This document shows positions 27,420 through 40,175 of a DNA stretch of 64,000 bases, piece by piece; within the stretch, counting starts at the first letter, position 1; each line of letters starts with the position of its first letter. A program made the position numbers and the translations under genes. The notes beneath the pieces are model-generated. The model was not told where the DNA came from. It worked only from the letters and a program-made list of their open reading frames with translations, and did not search any database. Origin of the DNA: Octopus sinensis (Eukaryota); assembly GCF_006345805.1 (NCBI RefSeq), contig NW_021832430.1, positions 124,001 through 188,000 of the forward strand, in the 5' to 3' direction.

Positions 27420-29610
27420 ATGTGCTCATTCGTACTGGATTCCACAGTCCGAGACGACACCGACCCTGAGAGGACACATTTACGATTATTAGAGGAAAAC
27501 TCTCCACGGATTGTCTACAACTGTAACCACCAACACACCTGTCAGCTTCCACCGTCTGATCTAACACATACAGATCTCGGCAACAGCAAATGGTACGTCA
27601 AACTGAGACTCTCCCATCGATTCGGGCATGAAAAATAAATTAGAAACCATTCCAGGATCCTTTTTCACACTACTCGTGCTGGAACAACTATTCCCACTCT
27701 TCTGTTGTGGCATACATGTCGGAGAATTGGTAAAAGGAAGAGTAGCAGTGTCACAAAACGGTGGATTCAAAGGCAACTGAGTGTTTTGTTCAATGTGAGG
27801 TAAGAATGGCACCGTAAGTGAAGAATTCATGCAGTTAGGCAAGGAGTTGGGAGGGACTGGGGGTTCTTGGATGACGGAAGACATCAATGGAGGGACTGTG
27901 TTTAGAAGTGATGATTGGATCACTGAACAGGAAGACACAACGGATGGACTATAATTAGTTCGAATGGACAAAGATTCCTCTTGTTGGGTAACTACAGGCA
28001 AGTTGTAGTCAGACACAGAATTGCCACTCCTCATAAGCGAATCCCTTGTTTGGTTAAGGAATCCGCGGAGACATGGATGTTGTGTATTAGGCCTGGCAAA
28101 TGGCTTATTGGACTCATTCAGTGCATTGGCCTTGGACAATGAACATTCCAATGACTTAATCCTGCCAACTTAGCACAGACGATTACTTATTAGACAGGTC
28201 GTGGATGGTCTGCTCATGTCGACCCACCACCAGTTGAGCACTCCTGTATCTTTCCTCCATCGTGTCTCTCTACAATTAGACCAATCTCGACATACTGCAG
28301 TCCGAACAGAGTTAATGAGGTCGTCGTACTCCTTAAGATGAGATCTACTCCTAACTCTCACAACAGTACAAGTGATTGGCTATCTTAACTTGACAATCCC
28401 TCAGTTGTAATTCGTTCTTATGTCTTTCCCTTTCCATCAATAATATTTCTGCTTTTTCCTCGTATATTTGACTAGACCTAACTATAAACAGACTACTTCA
28501 TTGTAGAATTAAGAAGATCATTGGTGAGAGACAGTTTACTCTCCAACTGACACTTTTCTTTGGTGAGATCCTCCATTTGCCGGTCTCGGATTGAAAGTGT
28601 GTCCTCAGTCTCCTCCAATCGAACTAAAAGTAAACAGTGAGACCAACTTTGAAGAGTGCACTGAGATTGTTCACTCTGATTCAGTCTTTTAAGACAAGAC
28701 AAATAATTTTCTCTTAATTCGTGAGGACAGAGCAGATCTTTCACCGTTTTTTTAAGATCAACCACGTCGTCGTCTCTCCCATCCACGAAATACTGAGACA
28801 ATACATTCTCAATCAGCACTTCTTGTCTCTACACAATCAATTCACATAAACTACCTCCATGACTGCTTCTGATTTTTCCAATCTGCTCACATTGCTCATC
28901 AAACATTCGATTCTGTAGGTTTTTATTACGTAATAATACTCGTTGTCCTTTGATGTCAGTTGACTGTTCAATTCGCAGATTTTTTGAACCAATTCTTCAT
29001 TTTTTGCGAGAATTTGATCAATCTCCAATTTTTTCAGAGAAGAGTGTCTTTATTTCATCCTTCTCACGTTGCTCGGCTTTATTTTGCTTTTCCAGGGATT
29101 CTAGGGAAGCTTCGAGCTGTTGGCAGTGGTCACGTGTTTGTTGGTTGTCCTCAGAAAGAGAGGAATTCTGTTCGTTTAAAATAAAGGGGATTTGAACCAT
29201 TTCTTGTAGTTCGAGTATTTTTTCGTTCAGAGATTCGATTTGAGTCCCCAAATGTATAAATTCAAGTCGCTTATGGGCTAATTCCTTCTCAGCCTCGAGA
29301 TATTTCACTTTAAAAAGTTAAAAGTAAGGAAAACCTCTACGGGAGTCTAAAAGATTTGAAAAAATCTTAGAATGTTAACAAAGATGGTTACTTTGGGGAT
29401 TGACAGAAAAACAGTTAAGACCACCAAGCACAATATTGCACATATGGATGTGAATAACAGTCCTATCATCCATTGATCCATATTGGAGGTAATATACGAA
29501 TTTTCTCCAATAAAATGATTCTTTTATTGAGTTTTATAAAATACTACTTTTATTATAACCCAGTTTCCAATTAAGTCGAATATATCCTTCGCATGTTTTA
29601 AAAAGGACAT
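27413..29610 (-). pseudogene. TM/coiled-coil gene, copy 2 (frameshifted)
   Basis: 2-nt deletion near 29030 (SEKIGD*) and 1-nt deletion near 27569 (AEICMC*) relative to copy 1. Confidence 0.6.
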
Positions 29611-31959
29611 TTTTATTTCTTCGAAAACCAACAAAACCCAATTACACGTAAATTAGGGTTTTCGACATTTATTAAAATTAATTAGATAAAATATTATTCA
29701 TAATTATATTAAATAATAGCTTTATTTTCTAACAATAATCAGAAAGGCCAGATAATTTTTCTTCGTCTCATAACGGTTCCTTTCTAAAAATAAAGTGTGT
29801 TTCTTGCACATGTGGAATTCATAACAGATATGGTCCTACAAAAGTTCTAATATCATCATTTCTCTTATTCCTTTTCTCCTAAACGAGGAATTTGATATCC
29901 TTGATTGAAACCCTCTGAGTGATCTTCCATAGCTATTTATCAAGTATAAGATTCATATTATTCCGAGACAAAATATTTAATCAATTTAATTATATATGAT
30001 TTTTCAAGCTCTAACGTCTAAAGCGCAAAAGTTAGTTTCAAAGTCCTGAAAATTCGCATTTGAACCGCATATAAACAAGCATTAACGTTTTTAATGAAAT
30101 CAAAAAAATATTTTTTTAAGAATCAAAGTTCTATTCGTAAATTGTTGTTTTCTGCCTGGAAGAGAAAAATATTTAACCATTTTTCGATAAAAAGAGTTGC
30201 TAATGACATTTTTCAACTTGCTATTGACATTTTCATGAATAACAAGACGCTTCCATACAGATAATCTACTTTCTATTTATTATTATCTGCATATTTTTTT
30301 TCTTAGTTCAATGTTAGTATTAATATTTCGCCTTGCTGGTATTTTCACAATTTGTTTCAGTTTGTAGTGAAAGTCTTTAAATCTAAACTTGAATAATTTG
30401 ACTACGGTGGTGAAATAAATCTCAAATCGATAAAAAACGGTCAAAGATCTCTCCAAGTTCATTTTGTGGTTGAATATTCAAAATATCTTCAAAATCAAAT
30501 AAAAACCGCAAAAAAAATTGGTAAATAATTGCGGAAAGCGGTTTAGTCAAGACTGCGGTGTATTTTCTAAAATGATTTGAATATTTTCTGAAAGCTTTTG
30601 ATCTTAATTTGAACAGAAATATTGGGTTTAGACAGTATATTGAAAACTAGTGGCTTGTAATGCACTCTTTAATTTAAAATACAAAAGTAGTCTTTAAGAT
30701 AGAAACAATAACTTGGTTTATTTTTTTAATTAGCGGTTATTAAAAAAGATTGGCATATCCTGATAAGAATGCGGATTTGGTTTTATAGTCTAAACTTGTA
30801 TTGAAAGGATTTTTATAAAGCTTAAAAGATGAAATAATAAACAGTATATATTTGTATTTTCCTAGTTGCTAATTATTGCTTAAATATTAAAATGATTGTT
30901 TGGTTTGCGAAAATCAAATAATTGTTTAATCAAGTATTAATAAACTTATTTCTATACAAAGAGGGTTTTTTTTTATTTAACCCAAGAATCACCAACAATT
31001 AATTGAGTTAAAAGTCCATTAAATCTTAATAGGTCGTCGGTTTAAAATGAGTTTTAATTCTATAATATTTTCTGTTGTTTTTAATTAGTGATTCATTTTA
31101 TTAGAAAACGTTCAAACCGAAAAATAAATGAAAATATTAGTAAATAATGTTATGAAACTGAATTAATCTTTGAGATTTAAAAAAGCTGAGGGCAACAACT
31201 TTTTGATGGAAATTTTGTCTAATTCTTTTTCCTTATTAACAGATATGATTTCAATATTTTCTCCAAACATTGAATATTAAAAACTGAATACCTCGATAAT
31301 AAACTGCCGACACCGACCGCATGGAAATAAAAATTCAGACGTGTCACTTGATACATAAATTTGAGTAACTTTTCTATTTCCATTTGCCACGGCGGTGCAG
31401 ATTGCATTCACTTCTGCACATATAGTAAGCCCATATGAAACGTTTTCAACATTGCATCCTGAAACAGTCTCAAATAACAAATAACCTGAATATATGGATT
31501 CGTCACTGCACAAGACCGCACACCCAACTCTGAATTTGCTATAAGGAGAATATGAGCGTTCCTTTATTCTTAGTGCCTCTGCAATTGCCAGGTGTGCTAA
31601 AAATTATACATTAAATATACATATCATTCTTATCACTTAATTTGAATAATATATACAAGATTTAAATATAACAGAGACCATAAAATATTTTAACTTGTTT
31701 AAGAGATATTTTAATTATATTGAAACATAAAGCCTAATAACAATTTGAAACTTTTTTGGTTTTTATCTACTTTCTTGGGGTGTAGCGTAAATTATGACCA
31801 AATCAGGATAATAGATTACACTGCCTTTAAATGTAATCAACTTGTTCTATGAGTCCTGGATTAAGATGATACAGAAAACTTTTCCTTTTTGTTTCTATTA
31901 TGCATGTTTTAATAAAATTAAGATGCCATTTTGTACAGTGACTGTATATAATATACCAA
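27420..31959. repeat. Segmental tandem duplication, copy 2
   Basis: Near-identical to 22316-26863. Confidence 0.97.
31163..31627 (-). CDS. CDA: Cytidine deaminase, copy 2 (intact if the GT-TG intron is spliced)
   Basis: SYSPYSKFRVGCAVL..GCNVENVSYGLTICAEVNAI..PCGRCRQFIIE|FGENIEIISVNKEKELDKISIKKLLPSAFLNLKD*. Confidence 0.92.
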
Positions 31960-32265
31960 AAAAATATACGTTTATTTATGAAAGAAAAGCATTAGGAGCA
32001 TTGAATCGCTTTATCGCCGACCTGATTCTGTAGAGTTTTCAGTCATAAAAAATCGGATTTATCGTTTCAAAAACGAGCAAAGATCCACAGAAAAATTATG
32101 AGATTTTCCATAGAATATTGGTGGCCATTCTACCTAAGAAGAATCCTCAAGCTTCCCCTTGCTTAAACCTCCTTTCTCGACATTTTCGATTTTTTAATTC
32201 ATATTAATATTTTATAAATATTTTAATATTTGTAATATAATTTAATCTCCATCGCAATATGAAAA

Positions 32266-35120
32266 ATGAATAAAAGTCAACTTGAACAGCTAAAAATTAA
32301 AACTTTAGAAGTAATATTCGAATTTACTAATTTATCATTTTTCTTAAAAAACATTTTAAGGAAGATAAAAACCATGTCTGGAAATTTTTGAAGTCTTTGC
32401 AGAACGATACACCTGATATGACAAGACTTATAAGCCAGATCGTCACCGGGTTTTATTTGAATTGACAAATAGCTTTAATAGAGAAAAAGGACATTCTTCT
32501 GGAAGCACAAATAATTTGATGAACGAAATATCTCATCTAAAGTCAATAATTCAAGAAATGACTTTATCGTCTGAAAAGCTTAAAACCGAAAACATTTCAT
32601 TAAGAAAAAAGTATAGTGAAGATACTGAATGTAGAAATGATGAAATGAAAAATATGGACCAAGAATTGCTTAGGACAAGAACGAGATGTAATGAACTGAA
32701 TTTAGTTATAAAAAATTTGAAGTTTCTAAATGCATGAATTTAAAATTTCAGTAAAGAAATTAAAAAAAGTAAGGAATCTTATAAAAATGTTGAAAACTCA
32801 AAAAATGAAGAAATATGTCTAGAAAATTGTCTGACTGTCAAAAACCGAGAAATTTCTGCACTTTCACAATCTAATCAAAGAATTCGCGCTTTGTTAAAAT
32901 CTGTGAAAAAAGAAAACAAATTACTTTCTGATCAATTAAATCTTAGTTGCGACGAAAGACTGTAACAGTGTAACTTTAAAACTTTTAGAGTAAACAATAA
33001 TAATAAACTCAAATATTCAAATAAGAAACAACATAGACAAGAAATATATAAAAAATTCGAAGATGAGATAAATCAGTTACAGATTATTCAAGAACAAAAT
33101 AAGAGTCTTAGTGAAATAAAGTATATTTACCGTTATTATATGCCTAGTTTCACTTTAAACCAAAACATTGACTGTCTTACGCTCAAAAATGTGGAATTAC
33201 AGTCTAAAATTCACGAACTCATTTTCTCTAAACAGAAAATAAAATCTGGTAAAGTTTTGACTCATAAAAGTAGAATTTGATCATTTAAATCACAAATTGA
33301 AAGCAGCCAATGAGAGGAATATAGAATTCTCAAATCAGATTACTTTAAATCAAGAAAAATTCTCTAAACATTCAAGACAAGTAAAATAACTAATAACACG
33401 TCAGGAACAACTAAAGATAAGTCAACTCAAACAAAACTTGAATGAAATGCGGACTCAGTCTCAGGCAGTTTCGGGACATTTTGAGTAAGTTCATAGTCAA
33501 GATAAAATCAAGGACATTGGTAATAAAGGCCAAGAAGCAATGTTCGCAAAACAAAAATAATCAAATAATTATAAAGCAAATGTACCTAGAAAATGAGGAG
33601 TATAGTTAAAAATATAAACATTAGAAATAAACGGGAAATAAAATCACTGAAGGAGAAGATTACAGATTTGGTATTCTGATTAAATCATAACCAAATAGCA
33701 GAAACAGCGGTCAAATTATCCTAAACGAATTTATTTGACCAAAAAAGGTCCAGAACCAGTCACAAAATCACGTGGAGTGTCGCCAATGAAAATCAAAGTT
33801 CGCAGAAACACTCAAATTCTCAATGCAAAAAAACAATATAACACTGTTTTGCGATTCAACGGAAGTCTGCGATTCCAGGTATTGATATTATTGATTATTG
33901 TAGATTTACGAATTGAGAACTAGCAAAATGAGTCTCGAGAAATCATACGAAACGGTTTGTTGTCAAAATCGCAATCTCTTGACAAAGTTAAACGTATATC
34001 GAGAAAAATGGAAAGTTCGTGTCAGAAACGAATCAATAATTAATCACTTACATTGTCAAAAGTTTTGCACAAAAAATAACAATTTACGCTTGAACAAGTC
34101 AATTGAACCCCAAAGATTGGTAATTGAATTAACTTTTGACTTTTAAGAGCATGAACAAAAGTCAGTCAAAATTAGTTTTACAGCTAAAGACAAAAATAAA
34201 ACAACTACAAAAAAATTTGGCAATTTCTAACAAAAGTCAGCATAACTTGAAATCAAAGTATTTTTACAAATATAACGATATGAGAATTAATGATTATTCT
34301 AAAGTAAACCAGCTATTTCAAGAAACAAGGTCAAAGTTGATTTCAGCTCACACGATTATTAAAAAATTAGAAAATGAAAAGGTATGATTACATCAGAAAT
34401 TGTACAGAAAGATATTAAGAAGCTTCATTCCGATGAGATAAAAAATAAATTCAAAGCGAAAATAACGATAGATTCTTTGAGAACGTCAATAAAAATGCTA
34501 ATTGAAGAACGCAATCAACAACGAGCAAGTATTTACGCGGCAAACGAAAAATTAGAAAAACTAGTATTTTGTAATTAAAAAATTTAGAAAAACTCTATGG
34601 AACAGAACGAAAGAAACTATCAAGAATTTAAAACAAATTTAAATAAGAACAGAAAACATTCTCCAATTCAAAAAAATATTGGGTTAAATACAGAATTGTT
34701 AAACGATGAAACTGATCAACTCAAAAATTTTATAAAAGTAACAAAAATAATAATTTTAAAGAAAATATTTCAATATTTCGACTCTCAGCTGTCACAAAAG
34801 TCGGCCAATTTGCCAAATATAGCAATTGATTCCACCACGAGTTTACGAGCATTGACAATTTTGGGCTTCTCCCATTTTGATTTTAACAAATTTGCGAATT
34901 CTGGGACAAATAAATCGGAAAATGTAAATAAAACTTAAATTTAAAAATATAAGGATTCTAAAACCAATTATGAAAATGAAGCCGACCGTATAATAAAAAT
35001 TAAAAAAGATGACGACATGGTTAATTGTCTCTGGAAATTAACACTCAAAGGTTTTGATGAGATTAAATAATGCACAAATTTTGTTTTTTAAATGATACAT
35101 TGTTTGATCTTATTTGTGTT
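32266..35120 (+). CDS. Large coiled-coil protein, centlein-like; 3' end approximate
   Basis: EDKNHVWKFLKSLQNDTPDMTRLISQIVTGEK resembles recalled centlein DKEFVWSLWKRLQVTNPDLTQVVSLVVEREK; about 16 GT-AG micro-introns keep one frame. Confidence 0.6.
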
Positions 35121-35414
35121 TAAAGTATATATTTTGATTTAATAAACAAGGAAAGTGATTTTTTATATTGATATTAATATTAAAAAAAGTTTAAGCTAGG
35201 TGTAAAATTATCTCAATAATTTAATATCAAATACATGGTGTATGTGTTTTTCGAATACTTGAAATGTGTGTATCAATTTGTTTGTTATTTGTGACCTCTA
35301 TTAAGAAAATAGTTTTTTGTTATATATTCAAAGCATTATTTTAGATGGTTTAATTATAAAAATTAATTAACAAATAAATTATAAAATTAATTTATTTTAT
35401 GGTTGTTGGTCATT

Positions 35415-36921
35415 ATGTATACAGGAAGAAAATTTAACGAAGAAATATTCAATCAAAGTCTATTGGGTCAATTTAAAATGAGTCAAATAATTTAGAAATT
35501 GCATCATCTGAAATAGAACAAGTCCTAGACACTCAACTACGGACTCTCCTTGAGCATGTAGATCTGCCGGGTTTATTATTTTATAAATACTCCTTCTACT
35601 GTTTTGACCAAATAATTAAACTCATTGAAACTGGATTTGAAATTCCCAAACAGAGCTATCAAAAAATATTCAAAATTATCAAAATCAGTTTATTCAATCT
35701 CAAACATACCGGAAAATCTCAAATTCACCAATACGATATGCCCTGTCAATTCCGTGAGGTTTGAGTAGTTAAATCACTAAAACAGTGCGTTTATGATTTT
35801 CTGATTATTTTTCTCGACAAATCAAAAATTCACTGCCCGGAATGTTTGGATCTGGATTTTATATCCTCAGTTTAGTCACAATTTGTATCAAAGGTTGTTT
35901 TTGGATTCCAATCTTCCATCAAACAAGATTCAGAAAAACTTCAGAGAGTCCTTCATCGAATTTACATTTTATTTCCAAAACATCGACGTTTTATCAGGGA
36001 AAAAATCGCTCAAGTCCTTTCTGGGTATGGTTACATTCATAAATTGTTTTTTTAGGTGCTGTTACTTAGAAAATGAAGTTTTTGAAGGAATTTCAGAGTT
36101 GTTGGGATTTCTTTCGAGGTTTTTTGTCTCAAACACAAGCACAGTGTCGTTAACGGATTTTTGATTCCTCTGAAGAATGAGCACAGAGAATATTTTTTTA
36201 AATATATTCTGCCTCTCCATAGAAATGATAAATTGGTCTTTTTCTTTGAGAGTCTGAAGTATTGCGTAACTCAATTTGCGCTGAAAGATCGACGATTGTG
36301 TTCCAACGTAAGCTGAATCGTTTAAATATAGGTTCTGAGAACTCTGGTCAGATTCTGGCCAAGAAGTGACAGTTCTAAAGAGGTTATATTTTCATTATTC
36401 TTGGTAGTTAGTGTTTTTAGAGGAGGTTTTTGATATCCTCAATCTAGTTAGTTCCGAACAGTTTAGGGATGTGGCTGATGTGTTATTGTCCCGTCTTGCT
36501 TTGTGTGTGTCGTCACTACATTGTCAAGTGGCTGAGAAGGCTCTTTTTATGTGGCAAGAAGAGCACTTTATTCGACTAATCTCCACTAATGCTGATTTGT
36601 CGATACCAGCCTTTCTTCCGGCTATTGAAAAACTCAAGACTCATTGGAATTGGTTTCTACGTTTAACTCAAGTGGCAGTAATATTCAAATACTTGGCATT
36701 TTCGCTTTGAAAGTTCTCATTCAGTCGGATCAGATTCTGTATGACAAATATTACCGATCTTACGTGCAGCTACTTGAATCGTTTTTATTAGTCTTTATTT
36801 TAAAGTAAGGAGGAAAAGAACAGGATTAGAATGCAAAAATGGGAGCAGATAGAAGAAATGGCAAGGAAGAACAGCATTGATGTATTCTATATTCTTAATT
36901 ATCTCATAGTTTCAGCAATGA
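35415..36921 (+). CDS. PPP2R5: PP2A regulatory subunit B56 family, divergent
   Basis: VLHRIY, GISELLGFLSSVVNGFLIPLKNEH, FWPRSDSSKELVFLEEV, CVSSLHCQVAEKALFMW, KTHWN, KWEQIEEMARKN. Confidence 0.9.
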
Positions 36922-37139
36922 TATGTTTTTGCAAAATTTTTAAATAAGTCATTTTTAATTGACGTTTATTTAACTACAATAAACGTTTATAAGAAAGTGT
37001 TCCAAAAAATAAGCGAAGGATAAAATTCCAAAATGTGTATTGAAGATAAGATAAGTCTCCAAACACTAGTTTTGTCAAATTAGAGACTAGGACCACCTTT
37101 AATAATTTTAGATAAATACATTTTAAATGGTAAAAATTA

Positions 37140-38293
37140 CTATAATTCCAATAAACTAGGTTAAAGTCTTTTTTTTATAAAACTTGACGAGATGATCAAT
37201 AGTACAGCATTTAATACCTATAAATACAAAATTTAAAAACACCATTAATATTTTTCGGAAGATTGTCTCGACTACCTTTAATAAGCCACAAATCCTGTTT
37301 ATCAATCTTTTCCTTTTCCACGTATTTGAGGGTGAAATTGACAATAAAATCAGTAAAACTTGAACTATACAAACCAAATATAAACCCGGCAAATCGACAT
37401 GCTTTGTGATTCCCATATTCGCTGACCAGTTTTCTAAACAAGCATTATAACCCAAATGTACATCCGACAGTCCGAAGTGATAAACCGTATTATCTCTCGT
37501 GCGATAAAACTAGACTTTTTCAATTCATCCAATATGATTATCACTAATTTGACATTCAGTCAACAACTTGCAAGGGGGATGACAATAATACTGTCCACTG
37601 AGGATATCATGTCGCCATGCTTACCTGACCGTTCCAATAACGAGAACAATGTGAATACCACTATTTTGGGCCTCCGAAGACCGCCTTCGGTCATACGAAT
37701 CTACCAAAGCATTAATAACGATACACTCTCGTAGCTTTTCCCCAACACTTCCATGATAGAGCTTCTTTTTGTAGCCGCTGTGAATATCCCCGGAAACTTA
37801 GGGGAAGAATGTCCAACTTCATTTAATAAAAAATCTACATATTCTTTAATAATTACATAATAATCTTTTAAATTTCTCAGCTTGGGTGATTTGGTGATTT
37901 ATTTCTTCATCGTTGAAAAGGGCAGTAGCAACTTGCGTAAAAAAGGCAACTCCTGAGTAAAGCAGACTGATATAATCCATTTTCAGTTCAGGGTCTTCAC
38001 TTATGTGTTCTCTGCATAAAAATATGATATTGTGGTAACAAATTGTCCACACTTCCGGTATAAATTGTTCAAAATTTAAAGAATTTAATATTTTTATACA
38101 TTTTTGCTCGATCCTATGTTAGTTTAGGGGATTTAAACTCAATTCGTTTTGATATTAGTTCAGAGTCAAATAACTTTTTAGGGTCTTGTCCACATGCTTC
38201 ACTGTTTGCTTCAAATGTGTGTAGTAATTCTAAAAGCCTAAAAATAACACGCGTTTGATACTCTTTGTTGTTTGGATATAGATAAAAACTCAT
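37140..38293 (-). CDS. Uncharacterised multi-exon protein
   Basis: Open exons joined by several 22-28-nt GT-AG introns; no confident family; start approximate. Confidence 0.55.
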
Positions 38294-38519
38294 TCAATAA
38301 ATTATAATATGCCCTTATTGTTTCAGTTTATACTCGAATAAAAATACAGTTATTAATGACATAATGTAGGATGATAAACTGAATGCAATAATTTTAAAAT
38401 AATGAACCACAAAAGATAAGTTGGTTAAAAATTAATATTTATTATATAATCAATTTAAAACATTAAAAACTATTCGATGTTGCAGAATATGATCCTTCAT
38501 TAACATCTTCGCATAATAT

Positions 38520-39635
38520 TTCATTTGGTAAATTTTATGTCTAAAAATTCTTGGTCGTTAATCTGGTTTTCTAATCTAACCTTTTTGAAATTGAGGTACA
38601 ATTTTTTTGTTACCTTAACGTCACACGAAATCTGATTTAAATGTTTAAAGCAATTTTGAATTGTGCTCATTGTCACATCATACGATAAATCACAATAAAC
38701 TATTGCATTAGCCACAGTAATTTTATGATTAAAAGATATCTGCGCCGTTTTCGACCATATTACTGATTTTATTTAGTTTATATTTTGAAAAATGAGTTTT
38801 AAAGGATTTTATAATCCCCAAATCAATAGGTTGAAAATTCTCCATAGCAGTTTTAAATTAATTCAATGTTTTTTGGAATATAAGCAGTTTGGTGAGCAGA
38901 GAATTTATCGATCAATCAGAGTATCTTTGTTCTCTTACTTATTATCTCATGATCTCAATCATAAAACCAAGAACTAAAAATCTGCCTTGTCATCCAAGCC
39001 TTTCTAAAAGATCTGCAGTCAACGATTGATTTTGGATTAAAATTTTTGAAATAGGGAGGGGCTTTAAACTTTCCAATCACGATTGGTTTTTGTTTTATTG
39101 AACAAGTAAATTTACAGCATCGCATAATTGAAAGACGGTCAACATATAAAACAGTAAAGTCCTTCTTGTTTTTTGGAAATGTTTTCTAAATAATGTTCTT
39201 GATTTAATTTTTTTTAATTCTTCCAGCCACTCAATCGATGGTTTAAAATTATCAACTTTTAACTCTTCGAAATTTTTTTGGCTTTTTAAATAATAATCCG
39301 TTAACGACACTGTGCTTATGTTTGAGACAAATTTCACCTCTAGCTTCCATTTTTCAATTTAAATAATAATGCTATCATTTCATATTTCAAATTTAATTGT
39401 CTTTTATTTGTTGAATTCAATTTTGTAATATCCGAAATTTTTTCAGCGTTTTTTAAAATATAACTTACCCTTCTTGTCGCAATTCGTGTTTTAAATTTAT
39501 TGGAAAGCCGACCAGGAATATTATAACAGGACCTGTTTTTATTACTTTGACGATAAGTTATAATTCCATCCTTTTGTTCTCTGGTTAATCTAGTATATTT
39601 AGTCTATTTAGGAACATTAAATCTTTACAAGCCAT
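38520..39635 (-). mobile_element. Degenerate pogo/Tigger (CENP-B-like HTH + DDE_1) transposase
   Basis: RLTREQKDGII HTH; FKPSIEWLEELK; KPIVIGKFKAP..KAWMTRQIFSSWF..LIDKFSAH..FQPIDLGIIKSFKTHF, with in-frame stops. Confidence 0.85.
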
Positions 39636-40175
39636 TTTTGGTGCACTGAAAATTAATAATTTTTCTTTGAATCACAATTATCATTAAGCGAAAACTTGTT
39701 ATATTTTTATTTTTCGACTCCTACTAATAAATTAAAGTAAAATTGTTTCCAGCAACAACATTAAGACCGTAAATATGAAGTTTTATTTAATTCATAGCAT
39801 TAATTGTTCATATGAAAATAAAATATTAATAATTATATTATATATTAAAAATCAATTAAATCAAATTAGCTTATTCAAAAACATCTTTAATCCTTTTCTA
39901 TACCAATTAGTAATACATAAACGTATACTTTTTGTATAAATTTTATTTTTCTCCTATATAATTTTATTCATTCAACCAGATCTCGTTTTTGATATTGCAT
40001 GTGTAAACAAATTTAATATTATCCGTTTCCTTGTCAAATTTGCTGACTTTGGGAATTATTGATCATTGATTAACAGTTACTATAACGTTTTGACGTTAAT
40101 AAATATAAAGTATCAATTAACGAATAATTCATACAGGTTGATAGCTTATATTAAAAAATAATTTTTTGACAATAA

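Noticed and set aside
37635-37658. Fourth GT-TG intron (gtattcacattgttctcgttattg, 24 nt)
   Set aside because: In frame, no stop, no TAATATT and no known homolog to test against; undecidable without RNA data.
37140-38293. Ric-8 assignment for the unknown gene
   Set aside because: Only faint RP and YGN resemblance; spacing does not fit.
39604-39632. GC-AG intron after the pogo ATG, suggesting a domesticated gene
   Set aside because: The downstream DDE region has several stops and deletions, so it is treated as a fossil.
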